Source of the DNA: a virus
Direction: 5' to 3' (one strand)
DNA: 37,801 bases
IMG/VR virus record: IMGVR_UViG_3300031730_000014
Location: 1 to 37,801 of that record
Shown here in pieces: positions 22,560 to 30,754 of this stretch; position 1 is the stretch's first letter, and each line of letters opens with the position of its first letter. The translations under genes were made by a program, and so were the position numbers. The notes below the pieces were generated by a model that worked only from the letters and a program-made list of their open reading frames with translations, made no database searches and was not told the origin of the DNA.

Positions 22560-23704
22560 CACTTCTCGCTTTCGTCGCGGGCCACCTTGCCCAGTGGCGC
22601 GTAGTCCTTGCCCAGACCGTTGGGCAGGGGCGGTTCGTCTTCCATCCGGCGCAGCTCGTCGATGTTGTGCAGGCCGATCGCCCGGGAGATCCGGTGGGCC
22701 TGGTAGCGGGTGAGGGTGTCGGTGCGGAGCATCGCGTCCGCGTTGAACCGGGCCTCTTCCGTGGGAGGGCGCAGCAGCGAGAACGCGTCCTCCAGGCGGG
22801 CGAGCCACGGGCGCAGCGTCCACGTCAGGAGGTCGATGCTGTTCTGCTCGACCGTGGCGTAGGTGAGGCTGCCGCCCGTCTCGCCGCCGACCTTCTCCGG
22901 CGGCACGCCGTAGATTGCGGCGATCTGGTTCGCGGTCGCCTTGATGGTCTCCAGGAACTGCGACTCGTTGGCCGGCACCGAGATGGCCCGGTACTTCACG
23001 CCGTTGCCCAGCGCGACCACGTCGCGGCCCTGGGCAGCTTCCTTGAAGCGGGCCTTCAGGATCGTCGCCGCGTCCCGGTCGACGACCATGTCCGTCTCCA
23101 GGACCGCGCTCGGGGTGGAGCCGTTGGCGAACCAGTCCCGCCCGAACTGGTTGGCCAGCAGCCCGGCCTCCGTCGTCGTCGCGAAGTACGCGATCGGCGA
23201 CAGCCCGAGGATCTGCCCGGGCACCGTGTACGCGGGGACGTGAAACATCTGCCCGTCCTCGAGACGGCGGCCCTTGTAGTACCAGACCGGCACCGCAGCG
23301 AGGTTGTCCTCGATGTGGACGTCGTCCGGGTGGAGCCACTCGATCTGGGACGGCCAGCCGTCCGGGCCCCAGGCGACGATCAGCCCGTAGGCGTTGCCGC
23401 GCAGCGTCAGCGACGTCATGCACCGGTGCAGCCAGTCGTAGCGCGTACCGACCGCGCTCGGGCGGCGGAACAGCGGGGGCACCGGGGCCCGCAGCCGGTC
23501 CTCTCCGTCCGCCCGGTAGGACTTCAGCGGCAGGGACGCCACCGAGTCCGCCAGCAGCCGCGTGGCCGCGTACACGGGCCCCAGCCGCAGCGCCCGTTCC
23601 TGGCTGCCGCCGCGCAGTACGGCTGGGTCCGAGCCCGAGCCCCACACGTCCTGGTACGAGATCGCCCGCTTCAGCGCCGTTCGACGGAAGGGCCACCACC
23701 TCAT
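22559..23704 (-). CDS. Portal protein (HK97 family)
   Basis: 381 aa, lying between the large terminase and the protease. Sequence ...LGPVYAATRLLADSVASLPLKSYR...NAYGLIV...WLHPDDV... Confidence 0.88.
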   Translation of the reverse strand: MRWWPFRRTALKRAISYQDVWGSGSDPAVLRGGSQERALRLGPVYAATRLLADSVASLPLKSYRADGEDRLRAPVPPLFRRPSAVGTRYDWLHRCMTSLTLRGNAYGLIVAWGPDGWPSQIEWLHPDDVHIEDNLAAVPVWYYKGRRLEDGQMFHVPAYTVPGQILGLSPIAYFATTTEAGLLANQFGRDWFANGSTPSAVLETDMVVDRDAATILKARFKEAAQGRDVVALGNGVKYRAISVPANESQFLETIKATANQIAAIYGVPPEKVGGETGGSLTYATVEQNSIDLLTWTLRPWLARLEDAFSLLRPPTEEARFNADAMLRTDTLTRYQAHRISRAIGLHNIDELRRMEDEPPLPNGLGKDYAPLGKVARDESEK

Positions 23705-23717
23705 TTCGTCACCCTTC

Positions 23718-25256
23718 TCACCACACGCTGCTCAGAATGTCTCCGGACCGCTTGTCCTCCACCTCGGCGCCGAGGCCCCACTTGGCTTCCGTCGCCGCGA
23801 CCAGGGGGCTGATATCGACGGAGACGATCCGCCGGGCCCACGCCCACGAGTCACCGAGCGTCCGTTTCTGCGCACCCGCCAGCGCCGACGCCAGCGGCGC
23901 CTCGTCGAAGTGGGTCAGCGACTGGTCGGCGACAGCGTCGTAGAACTGGCCGCAGGCCGCCGCCATCTCCCGGGCCTTGGGCTTGACCACCTCGACGCCC
24001 AGGCCGTCGTCCTCGTCCTCCAGATCGTCGATGAGGGAGCCTGCAGCGCTGGCCGGATCGACCACCCAGCAACGCGGCTCCCACTTGGCGTGCAGCTCCT
24101 TGGCGCGCTCCACGACCCAGCCCACGCCGGGCCGGTGGTCGACCACCGTGACGTGCACACCGCCCCGCCAGGGGAACGCTGCGCAGATCGCCGCGTGCGA
24201 CCGCTCCGGGGTGACGTCGATGGCGAACGCCACCGTCCCCGACCGCTCGGCGTCTGTGACCGCCAGGGCCCGCCAGGCTTCCTCGCCGATGACCTGCCAG
24301 GTGGCCGCCTGGTCGGACGGGTAGTCGCCGACCCCGAGCCGCTCACGGGCGTACAGGGCGTCGCCCATCGTCAGCCTCCGGTGCATGCTCTTCTCGACTT
24401 GGAGCCGGTAGCCGACGGCCGGGTTCGCCTTCAGCAGCGACGCGACGGAGTCGATGTCGTCGTGCTCCGTACAGCCACGCGGGCACTCAGCCAGGTGCGG
24501 GGTGATGGACCACTCGAAGTACGCCAGGACCGGATCCAGCGTGCCGCTCTCCAGCGCGGCCATGGCCCGGGCCCGCAGCCGCCCCAACTGCTGCGACGGG
24601 GCGCCGATGCCTGCGCTGCCGAGGAACCACAGCTGACTGTTCTCGACGGCCTCCGTCGTCGGCGCGAGGGCCGACATGGAGTCGTCGCCGAGAATCATGC
24701 ACTCGTCGAAGATGACGCAGTCCGAGGTGAAGCCACGGCCGGAGCCGCGGGAGCGGGCGATGTACTTCAGCTCCCGCCCGTCATGCAGCTCGATGCCCTC
24801 GCGGCCTACCGTCTTGTGGTACGCCTTGACGCGTTTATGCAGGTCAGGGCATCCGCGGATGAGGCGCTCGATGCGCTTCATCGTGTTCATCGTGGTTTTG
24901 AACTCGTGAGCCGACAGCAGGATCTGCTTCTCGCCACCGATGAACAGGCCCCACAACACGCGGGCCTCGATCACTCCGCCCTTGCCGTTCTGGCGCGGCA
25001 GGTTAATCGCGACCTCGGGCGCCGACCAGGAACCGTCCGGCTTCTCGCCCATCCCGACGCGCAGGATGTGCTGCTGCCACGGATCCAGCTTCAATCCCGC
25101 GCGCGCGGCAAGGTCGATAGCCTCCTGGCCGGCGCTCGACACCGACGGCGGCGCAGTCTCGATCGGCGGCTTCTGCCAGCCGTAGACCGGCTCGTCAGCC
25201 GGTGGACTGCTCACGGGCTGCGGCTCGGCGCTTCTCTCGCTGCTCAGCAATGTCAT
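23718..25256 (-). CDS. Terminase large subunit
   Basis: 512 aa. The sequence ...DPWQQHILRVGMGEKPDGSWSAPEVAINLPRQNGKGGVIEARVLWGLF...FDECMILGDD... carries ATPase Walker-like motifs, followed by a nuclease half. The gene is directly upstream of the portal. Confidence 0.9.
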   Translation of the reverse strand: MTLLSSERSAEPQPVSSPPADEPVYGWQKPPIETAPPSVSSAGQEAIDLAARAGLKLDPWQQHILRVGMGEKPDGSWSAPEVAINLPRQNGKGGVIEARVLWGLFIGGEKQILLSAHEFKTTMNTMKRIERLIRGCPDLHKRVKAYHKTVGREGIELHDGRELKYIARSRGSGRGFTSDCVIFDECMILGDDSMSALAPTTEAVENSQLWFLGSAGIGAPSQQLGRLRARAMAALESGTLDPVLAYFEWSITPHLAECPRGCTEHDDIDSVASLLKANPAVGYRLQVEKSMHRRLTMGDALYARERLGVGDYPSDQAATWQVIGEEAWRALAVTDAERSGTVAFAIDVTPERSHAAICAAFPWRGGVHVTVVDHRPGVGWVVERAKELHAKWEPRCWVVDPASAAGSLIDDLEDEDDGLGVEVVKPKAREMAAACGQFYDAVADQSLTHFDEAPLASALAGAQKRTLGDSWAWARRIVSVDISPLVAATEAKWGLGAEVEDKRSGDILSSVW

Positions 25257-25473
25257 CGACCGAGTCCCCCTTCACTTCGACGGGGGCCAGGCGGCGCAGG
25301 TCAGCCATGATCGGGCGCAGCTTGTCAGCCAGGACGGCCTTCGCGGTGGGGGCATCCGTCTCATCCATGGCCTTCGCGAGGTCCCGGGCGACGGCCGCCA
25401 TGCCGGGGGAGGTCTCGCCCGCGTGAAGGTCGTCGAGTTCGGCGGCGATGTCGTCGGCAACCGACATGATCAC
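25195..25473 (-). CDS. Terminase small subunit candidate (92 aa)
   Basis: It lies directly upstream of, and overlaps, the large terminase gene. Sequence MIMSVADDIAAELDDLHAGETSPGMAAVARDLAKAMDETDAPTAKAVLADKLRPIMADLRRLAP... resembles actinophage small terminases. Confidence 0.55.
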   Translation of the reverse strand: MIMSVADDIAAELDDLHAGETSPGMAAVARDLAKAMDETDAPTAKAVLADKLRPIMADLRRLAPVEVKGDSVDDIAEQREKRRAAAREQSTG

Positions 25474-25603
25474 CCCCGGTCATCACGCACCGTCACGGGC
25501 GGCGGTTCGCTAAACCACTGGCGCCGACGCCGACGGAATAGCGGCCGCCCACTAAATCGCTGGTCTCCGCTTCGCCGGATCAGGGCTTTGGAAATCGCCG
25601 CGC

Positions 25604-25638
25604 AAAAAATCGGGCGACAAGGGCGTTTGGGTCGCCCG
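25604..25638 (-). terminator. Rho-independent terminator ending the early/middle operon
   Basis: On the minus strand, CGGGCGAC-loop-GTCGCCCG (25611-25638) is followed by ATTTTTTG (25603-25610). It lies 33 nt after the stop of CDS 25671..26108. Confidence 0.75.
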
Positions 25639-25670
25639 GGAAGGCCTCTAAAAAGGGGCCGGGCTCTTGA

Positions 25671-26108
25671 TCACCACTCCAGTGTCCGGCCGGCCGTCGG
25701 GGTCCGGGTGGCGGCCGGCCGCTGCCGGTACCAGCGGGTGGCGACCCGTTTCATCTCGGGGTCGCGCATGGCTTCGATGCGCTGCATCACGATGGTGCGC
25801 CCGGGGTCGACGGCGATGACCTTGGCGTCCATGCGCTTGTACCGGGCGAGCCACTTGGGGCTGGGATTGGTGTGGATCAGGTAGACATCGACCTTGTCGC
25901 GGTGCTCGAACGCCTCGTACATGGCGGCGTACCGGGCCTTGTGGGCGACGCGCAGCAGTGTCGGGTCCTGGTTCCACTGCGGGGCGCCGGGTCCGGCGAG
26001 CGCGCGGGTGATGCGGTCGAGGTCGATGACCACGTCGTTGGGCTTGGCGTGCGCGTCGATCCAGCTGGTCTTGCCGGAGGCCGGCGGGCCGGTGACGACG
26101 TACAGCAC
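25671..26108 (-). CDS. P-loop NTPase (AAA/kinase-like ATP-binding protein)
   Basis: GTG start. The Walker A motif GPPASGKT lies at the N-terminus: MLYVVTGPPASGKTSWIDAH... Confidence 0.75.
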   Translation of the reverse strand: MLYVVTGPPASGKTSWIDAHAKPNDVVIDLDRITRALAGPGAPQWNQDPTLLRVAHKARYAAMYEAFEHRDKVDVYLIHTNPSPKWLARYKRMDAKVIAVDPGRTIVMQRIEAMRDPEMKRVATRWYRQRPAATRTPTAGRTLEW

Positions 26109-26112
26109 GGCG

Positions 26113-26394
26113 TCACCACCTCAGCTGAGGGCGCTGGCGTACCACCTTCGGTGTGGTGGTGCGGTTGCCGCGGCTGCTGTTGCACTTCCGATGCGCGGGC
26201 CGGGCGTTAGCCGGGTCGAGCAGGTTGCCGCCCTTGGACAGCGGCTGCTCGTGGTCGAGGGTGAAGGACAGAGGGTGCTTGGCGTTCAGCTCGTACCCGA
26301 TGTTGTGGCCGCAGATCCAGCAGGGCAGGCGCTGGGCTCGGAGCCAGGCGCAGAGTCGGCGGTAGGGGCGCCCGTTGCGTGGGTTGCCGGCCAC
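26113..26394 (-). CDS. HNH endonuclease
   Basis: GTG after GGGAGG. It contains CWICGHNI...LDHEQPLSKGGNLLDPANARPAHRKCNSSRG (H-N-H with a Cys zinc site). It lies near the terminase genes, as in HK97-like cos phages. Confidence 0.88.
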   Translation of the reverse strand: MAGNPRNGRPYRRLCAWLRAQRLPCWICGHNIGYELNAKHPLSFTLDHEQPLSKGGNLLDPANARPAHRKCNSSRGNRTTTPKVVRQRPQLRW

Positions 26395-26416
26395 GGGCGC
26401 CGCCTCCCGGTGTGGG

Positions 26417-26881
26417 TCAGGGTGTGGGCGTGGCGTTCAGCAGGCTGTTGGTGACGTCCTCGATGGCCTGGTTGAGCTCGTCCTCGGGGAGGTCGCCGCA
26501 GACCTTGTAGCCCTCGGTGGCGTCGATGCCGCCGCCTGTGCTGTGGAGTTGGTCTTCGATCCAGGCTCGGCACTCGGGGCTGACGCTCGTGGTGGCGGCG
26601 GCTGTGTCGGTGGGCAGGGCGCTGTTGACGGCGGCGCCGACCTGGTCGGCCATGAGCTCGCCCGCGTACTTCTGGAGTGTCTTGGTGGCGATGCCGTCGC
26701 ACTGGGAGGGGTGGGTGCCGGGTGTGGCGCTCGCGCCGGAGTCGATGGCGTCCTGGAGTTGCTTGCGCATGGCCGTCTTGCAGGCGGCTGGGTCGGCCTT
26801 GGCGTCGTCTCCGCCGCTGCATGCGGTGAGGGCGGCGGTGAGGGCGAGGAGGGCGGCGCAGGCGGCTGTGCGGGTCTTCAT
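26417..26881 (-). CDS. Secreted lipoprotein (moron candidate)
   Basis: ATG at 26881 after GGGGGAA. The signal peptide plus lipobox is MKTRTAACAALLALTAALTAC|SGG. The mature part has 4 further Cys. The upstream extension of the track ORF to 27130 is junk. Confidence 0.8.
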   Translation of the reverse strand: MKTRTAACAALLALTAALTACSGGDDAKADPAACKTAMRKQLQDAIDSGASATPGTHPSQCDGIATKTLQKYAGELMADQVGAAVNSALPTDTAAATTSVSPECRAWIEDQLHSTGGGIDATEGYKVCGDLPEDELNQAIEDVTNSLLNATPTP

Positions 26882-27064
26882 GGTTCCCCCGGGGCTTGGA
26901 TGCTGAGGGGGCATCATGCGACGCGTGGAACCGCTGTGGGGGCGCTGTGGCCGTGTTGTGACGATGGGGGGTCCGCCGCCCGGCGCTGAGCATCCCTGCG
27001 GGCCCGTGTTCCCGCGTGAGGCTCCCCAGCCTCCGGACGCCGGGCGGCGGACGTGGGGCACGAC

Positions 27065-27099
27065 GAAGCCCCGGCGGGGGTGGTGGTGGCCGGGGCTTC
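27065..27099 (-). terminator. Strong hairpin after the early gene block
   Basis: Perfect 11-bp stem GAAGCCCCGGC (27065-27075) / GCCGGGGCTTC (27089-27099) with a 13-nt loop. There is no U-tract. Confidence 0.55.
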
Positions 27100-27169
27100 G
27101 TGTGCGTCTGTGGTGCCTGCTTCGGGGCACAGTTGTTCACCGAGATCGTGACACGGCCCTGACCTGCGG

Positions 27170-27379
27170 TCAAGCGGCGTCGCGTGCTTGGCGTTCGGCA
27201 GCGAGGGCAGCGACGTCCTGGGCGGCGTACCAGGCCTGTCGTGGTGTGCCGCCTGAGCGGGTGAGGCGGCCGCGGCGGACCAGCTGCCGGACGGTGCCGA
27301 GCTCGACGCCGAGCATGCGCGCGGTCTGGTGGGCGGTGAGGTGGCCGGGCCGGATCATCTGCGACTCCATGACCCCCAT
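27170..27379 (-). CDS. MerR/excisionase-type HTH DNA-binding protein
   Basis: ATG at 27379 or 27370. Sequence ...MIRPGHLTAHQTARMLGVELGTVRQLVRRGRLTRSGGTPRQAWYAAQDVAALAAERQ. The upstream part of the listed 174-aa ORF is junk. Confidence 0.7.
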   Translation of the reverse strand: MGVMESQMIRPGHLTAHQTARMLGVELGTVRQLVRRGRLTRSGGTPRQAWYAAQDVAALAAERQARDAA

Positions 27380-27387
27380 GATGCGGG

Positions 27388-27792
27388 CTACGGCCGCCAT
27401 TCCTCGCGGTAGCCGGGCCGGTCCGAGTAGGGCAGCGCGAGCAGGCGCAGCGTCCTGCACGGCCAGCTGGCATTGATTCCGTCGTCGCGGTAGCAGGTGC
27501 CGCAGTCGCTGCCGAGGTCGCTGACGTTGATGGCGGGGTGTGCGTCGATGATCCGCCGCTTCGCGTCGATCTCGCCCAGCACCCGAGCGGGATTCCATCG
27601 GACGATGTGATCTGCCTGCACGGCCTCGTGGATGACCCCGACATGCGGCGTGATCGTCGTGTGCTGCTGCCGCTCGGGCCGGTGCGCACCCCATCCGTTC
27701 TCCGGGTCAGCCTGCCCGCTGAACGCCTGCTGTGCAGCCTCAGCTTCCTCGTCGAGCTGCTCGCCGAGCCACTGCACCAGGTCTTCGCTCAT
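27388..27792 (-). CDS. DUF6221-like protein
   Basis: 134 aa. ...HIVRWNPARVLGEIDAKRRIIDAHP...CGTCYRDDG...WPCRTLRLLALPYSDRPGYREEWRP matches my recollection of the Streptomyces DUF6221 pattern. Confidence 0.65.
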   Translation of the reverse strand: MSEDLVQWLGEQLDEEAEAAQQAFSGQADPENGWGAHRPERQQHTTITPHVGVIHEAVQADHIVRWNPARVLGEIDAKRRIIDAHPAINVSDLGSDCGTCYRDDGINASWPCRTLRLLALPYSDRPGYREEWRP

Positions 27793-27878
27793 GAGCTCAT
27801 CCTCTCGTACCGATGTCGCCTGTGGGGCCTATCGGATCACCGCGTTCGGGGGCAGGTTGAGGGCTCGGCGGGAGGGCC

Positions 27879-27968
27879 CGAAACTCGAAACTTGGCAGGT
27901 GGGGGCCGATATCGGGGGCGAAACCGGTTTCGGATCAAGGCGAAACCACACCCTTGATCCGAAACCGG
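27879..27968. repeat. CGAAAC repeat cluster with nested palindromes (candidate clt / TraB recognition locus)
   Basis: CGAAAC starts at 27879, 27886, 27919, 27941 and 27960, with an inverted copy at 27927-27932. Perfect palindrome CGAAACCGGTTTCG at 27919-27932. Inverted repeat GGATCAAGG (27932-27940) / CCTTGATCC (27952-27960). The cluster ends 12 nt from the stop of the translocase gene. Confidence 0.5.
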
Positions 27969-27979
27969 CTCGGCGGCCC

Positions 27980-30103
27980 CTATTCGCCGTCCTCGACGGC
28001 AGGGAGATCGGCGTAGCGGAGGCCCTTGGCGCCGCCGCAGCACTCCCGGATCGTCAGCTGCTTGGTGGAAACCTTGAAGGGCTTCAGCGCGGCGCTGAGG
28101 GCCGTCGACGAGCCTGCGGCATCCAGCTCCAGCCACTGCTTGTACAGGTCGGCCCGGTAGGCGGCGAGGGCCTCGACGAGCCGGTGGGAGTGCACAGCCT
28201 CGACACCGTCCGGCCAGACCGCCCGCAGGTGGTCGACGACCGTCTCGACGTCCTGCTCTTCGACCGCGGCACCGACGGCCTGTCCGGTGAGGGTGCCGGC
28301 CGCGGTGCGCAGTGCGAGGGCCCGCTTCCCGATGTCCTCGGCTTCGGTCTGCTTGATGAACGCGGCGCGGACGGTGATGCCTTCGCGGCCGCGGGCGAGG
28401 ATGCCGGTGCCCTGTTCGTCGACGCTGATGTCGGTGGCGCGCAGGCCGCGGTCGTAGGCGCCGGTGCCTAGGACGTTGTTGTTGGCTCGCCAGTCCATGA
28501 CGGCCAGGCACAGACGGGTGCCGACTGACGAGGAGACGCCGGTGGGCAGGGACGGCGCGTCCGGGTTCTGGGTGAGCAGGATGAGGATGATGCCGTAGGC
28601 GCGGCCCTTCTTGATGAGGCGGGTGGCCAGGGCGGCGGCCTCGTCCTTGTAGTCGGCGTGGGTGAAGAGTTCCTGGACCTCGTCGATGACGATGACGCGC
28701 GGGCCGAGGTTCTGTTCCGGGTACTTCTCAGCCAGCGCGCGGGTGACCTTGCGGCCCTCGGGGACCTCGCTGGACGGCAAGGACTTGATGAACTTGGCGC
28801 GCCGCTGGTACTCGGCGATCCCGGAGCGCATGCCGCCGAGGGCGGCCTCCAGGTCCTCGTCTTCGTCGCCGGAGACGTAGCGGTGGCAGACGGGGCGGAC
28901 GGAGTCGAGGTCGCCGGATCCCTTGAGCTCGAAGATCCACAGTTCGGCGGTGGGGTCGAGGGCGACTCCGAGGACGATGGCGAGGGCGCAGGAGGTCTTG
29001 CCGGAGCCGGGGATGCCTCCGACCAGGAGGTTTGAGTACATGAGGGTGATCTCGACGAGGTTGCCGCGCGGGTCGAAGCCGTAAGGCAGCGGCTCGTACA
29101 CGTCGGCCTGGCCGTCCTTCATCAGCGGCCACAGCTTGCGGGCGGCCTTCGCGGGGTCGCGCTGCGCCACCCACAGGACGAGGCGTCCGGGATGCGCGGT
29201 GCGGTCGCCCTCAAGCCACACGGTGCTGATGGGGCGGCGCATGGCGGCGGCGAGCGCGGCCCGCTTCTCCAGGACGGCGCTGGCCTCGATGCCGGGGGGC
29301 AGGTCGACCTCGGCTCGCCAGCCGGGCCCGTCGCGCATGACCTCGGAGGCGAACTCGGTTCCCTTCTTGCCCTTCTTGCCTTCGATGCCGATTGCGGCGA
29401 GCGCGTCGAGGACCTCGGTGGAGTCGAGGCGGCGCAGGACGTTGGTGGCGACGTAGCGGGTGATCAGCGGCTTCCCGTCGCTCTTCTTGCCGTTGAGGCC
29501 GACAAGGGTGGCCGCGGTGAGCGTCGCGGTGAGCGTCCAGCCGGGGGCCAGGAAGCAGCCGGCCAGCGTGGTGATGCCGGTGGTCGTGGCGACCGCCAGG
29601 GAGGCGATACGGCGTGGCCGGACGCGGCGGGAGTGCTCGCGGGACAGCGTGATCCAGGCGTCGATGTCCGCGGACGCGGCGGCCTTGGCTTCGACGGGTC
29701 GGGCCTCGGTGTCCGCGACCCACTTGCCCCAGCGGAGAACCATGCGGGCGAGGCCGCGGGGCGCGCGGGTGAGCAGGCGCAGGGCGTAGACGGGCAGGCG
29801 GATGGCGTGGAAGGCGGTGACGTGGCCGTAGTACGACGCGGTCCAGCGGGCGGCGTTGACGAACTCGGCGGCGTTGCGCAGGAACGTGGGGACGACGGGC
29901 GGGGCGTCGGCGAGGTACGCCTGCTTCTCCGCGATCCAGGTGCCTGCGGGCGGGGCCTGCTCGGGCGGGTCGACAGGACGCGGCTCGGCGTTCTGGACGA
30001 CGTCGATGATGGTCTGCTTCAGGTCCGCGTCCTGGACGTCCTCGCTATCCGGCGGGGGCGTCCTGGGGGCGTCCTTGTGGAGCTGTACGACGTTGTTCGT
30101 CAT
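27980..30103 (-). CDS. FtsK/SpoIIIE-family DNA translocase, TraB-like
   Basis: 707 aa. Hydrophobic N-terminal segments (IASLAVATTTGITTLAGCFLAPGWTLTATLTAATLVGL), Walker A GGIPGSGKTS, Walker B PRVIVIDEVQELF, LLTQNP, and a C-terminal helical domain. Confidence 0.9.
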   Translation of the reverse strand: MTNNVVQLHKDAPRTPPPDSEDVQDADLKQTIIDVVQNAEPRPVDPPEQAPPAGTWIAEKQAYLADAPPVVPTFLRNAAEFVNAARWTASYYGHVTAFHAIRLPVYALRLLTRAPRGLARMVLRWGKWVADTEARPVEAKAAASADIDAWITLSREHSRRVRPRRIASLAVATTTGITTLAGCFLAPGWTLTATLTAATLVGLNGKKSDGKPLITRYVATNVLRRLDSTEVLDALAAIGIEGKKGKKGTEFASEVMRDGPGWRAEVDLPPGIEASAVLEKRAALAAAMRRPISTVWLEGDRTAHPGRLVLWVAQRDPAKAARKLWPLMKDGQADVYEPLPYGFDPRGNLVEITLMYSNLLVGGIPGSGKTSCALAIVLGVALDPTAELWIFELKGSGDLDSVRPVCHRYVSGDEDEDLEAALGGMRSGIAEYQRRAKFIKSLPSSEVPEGRKVTRALAEKYPEQNLGPRVIVIDEVQELFTHADYKDEAAALATRLIKKGRAYGIILILLTQNPDAPSLPTGVSSSVGTRLCLAVMDWRANNNVLGTGAYDRGLRATDISVDEQGTGILARGREGITVRAAFIKQTEAEDIGKRALALRTAAGTLTGQAVGAAVEEQDVETVVDHLRAVWPDGVEAVHSHRLVEALAAYRADLYKQWLELDAAGSSTALSAALKPFKVSTKQLTIRECCGGAKGLRYADLPAVEDGE

Positions 30104-30140
30104 GCTGGGGGCTTCCTGCCTCTTGATGGGGTACGGGACG

Positions 30141-30183
30141 CCCGGGGACGGCGGCTGCTTGGCGGTAGGACGCCGTCCCCGGG
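30141..30183 (-). terminator. Hairpin (terminator/attenuator) immediately upstream of the translocase gene
   Basis: Perfect 13-bp stem CCCGGGGACGGCG (30141-30153) / CGCCGTCCCCGGG (30171-30183) with a 17-nt loop, in the 86-nt gap. Confidence 0.45.
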
Positions 30184-30189
30184 GTGTAG

Positions 30190-30525
30190 CTACTGGTAGC
30201 GGCGCAGCTCGCGCTCGACGCGGCGGGCGGCGGCCTCGTGGTCGTTCATCTGCCGGCGGGCGGCGGCGCGTTCGGGACCGCGGCTGGTGCGCATGGTGGC
30301 CTTGGCTGACGCGGCAGCGTTGCGGGCCTCGTTCAGGCGGCGCTCAAGGGCCTGCACCTCGCGGGCGCCTCGGTCGGCGGCCCGCTTCTCGATGCGGTCG
30401 GCCTCCCGCTTGACCTTCGGGTCGATGGTGTCGTCGTTGCGGTCACCCGCCATCGACTGCTTGCCGGCCTTGGCGACCAGGACGGCCAGGCGGAGCCTCT
30501 CGCGGGTGGTGTACGAGCTGGGCAT
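30190..30525 (-). CDS. Hypothetical basic coiled-coil protein (111 aa)
   Basis: ATG start. Sequence ...KVKREADRIEKRAADRGAREVQALERRLNEARNAAASAKATMR... Confidence 0.6.
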   Translation of the reverse strand: MPSSYTTRERLRLAVLVAKAGKQSMAGDRNDDTIDPKVKREADRIEKRAADRGAREVQALERRLNEARNAAASAKATMRTSRGPERAAARRQMNDHEAAARRVERELRRYQ

Positions 30526-30528
30526 GGG

Positions 30529-30735
30529 TCAGACTCCCGTCTGGATTTCGGGCAGGGTGGCGGCGATGGCGGTGTAGGCGCGGGAGGTGTCCGCCCACGC
30601 GGCGGCGGCTGCAGCGAGCTGCGGCACCCTGCCCTGGCTGTCGCCGTTGTCGGCGGCGTTCTCGACTTTCCCGGCGTACACCTTGGCGTTGCGGGCGGCG
30701 TTGATGGCCTCATTGAGGGCCTGCTGACGATTCAT
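30529..30735 (-). CDS. Hypothetical small helical protein (68 aa)
   Basis: ATG after AGGAGGAA. Sequence MNRQQALNEAINAARNAKVYAGKVENAADNGDSQGRVPQLAAAAAAWADTSRAYTAIAATL... Confidence 0.6.
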   Translation of the reverse strand: MNRQQALNEAINAARNAKVYAGKVENAADNGDSQGRVPQLAAAAAAWADTSRAYTAIAATLPEIQTGV

Positions 30736-30754
30736 GGGTACGGGTTCCTCCTGG

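Noticed and set aside
25474-25670. tRNA or other structured RNA gene in the lower-GC gaps (also 26882..27169 and 4736..4828)
   Set aside because: I could not fold a cloverleaf with a conserved T-loop (GTTCGAATC-like) or D-loop in any gap. The hairpins present are simple terminator-type stems. A tRNAscan or Infernal run would be needed to exclude small RNAs formally.
26286-27689. 467-aa minus-strand ORF spanning the lipoprotein/HTH/DUF6221 region
   Set aside because: Its Arg/Pro/His-rich junk composition crosses a strong terminator hairpin and overlaps three genes that have good RBSs and recognisable motifs.
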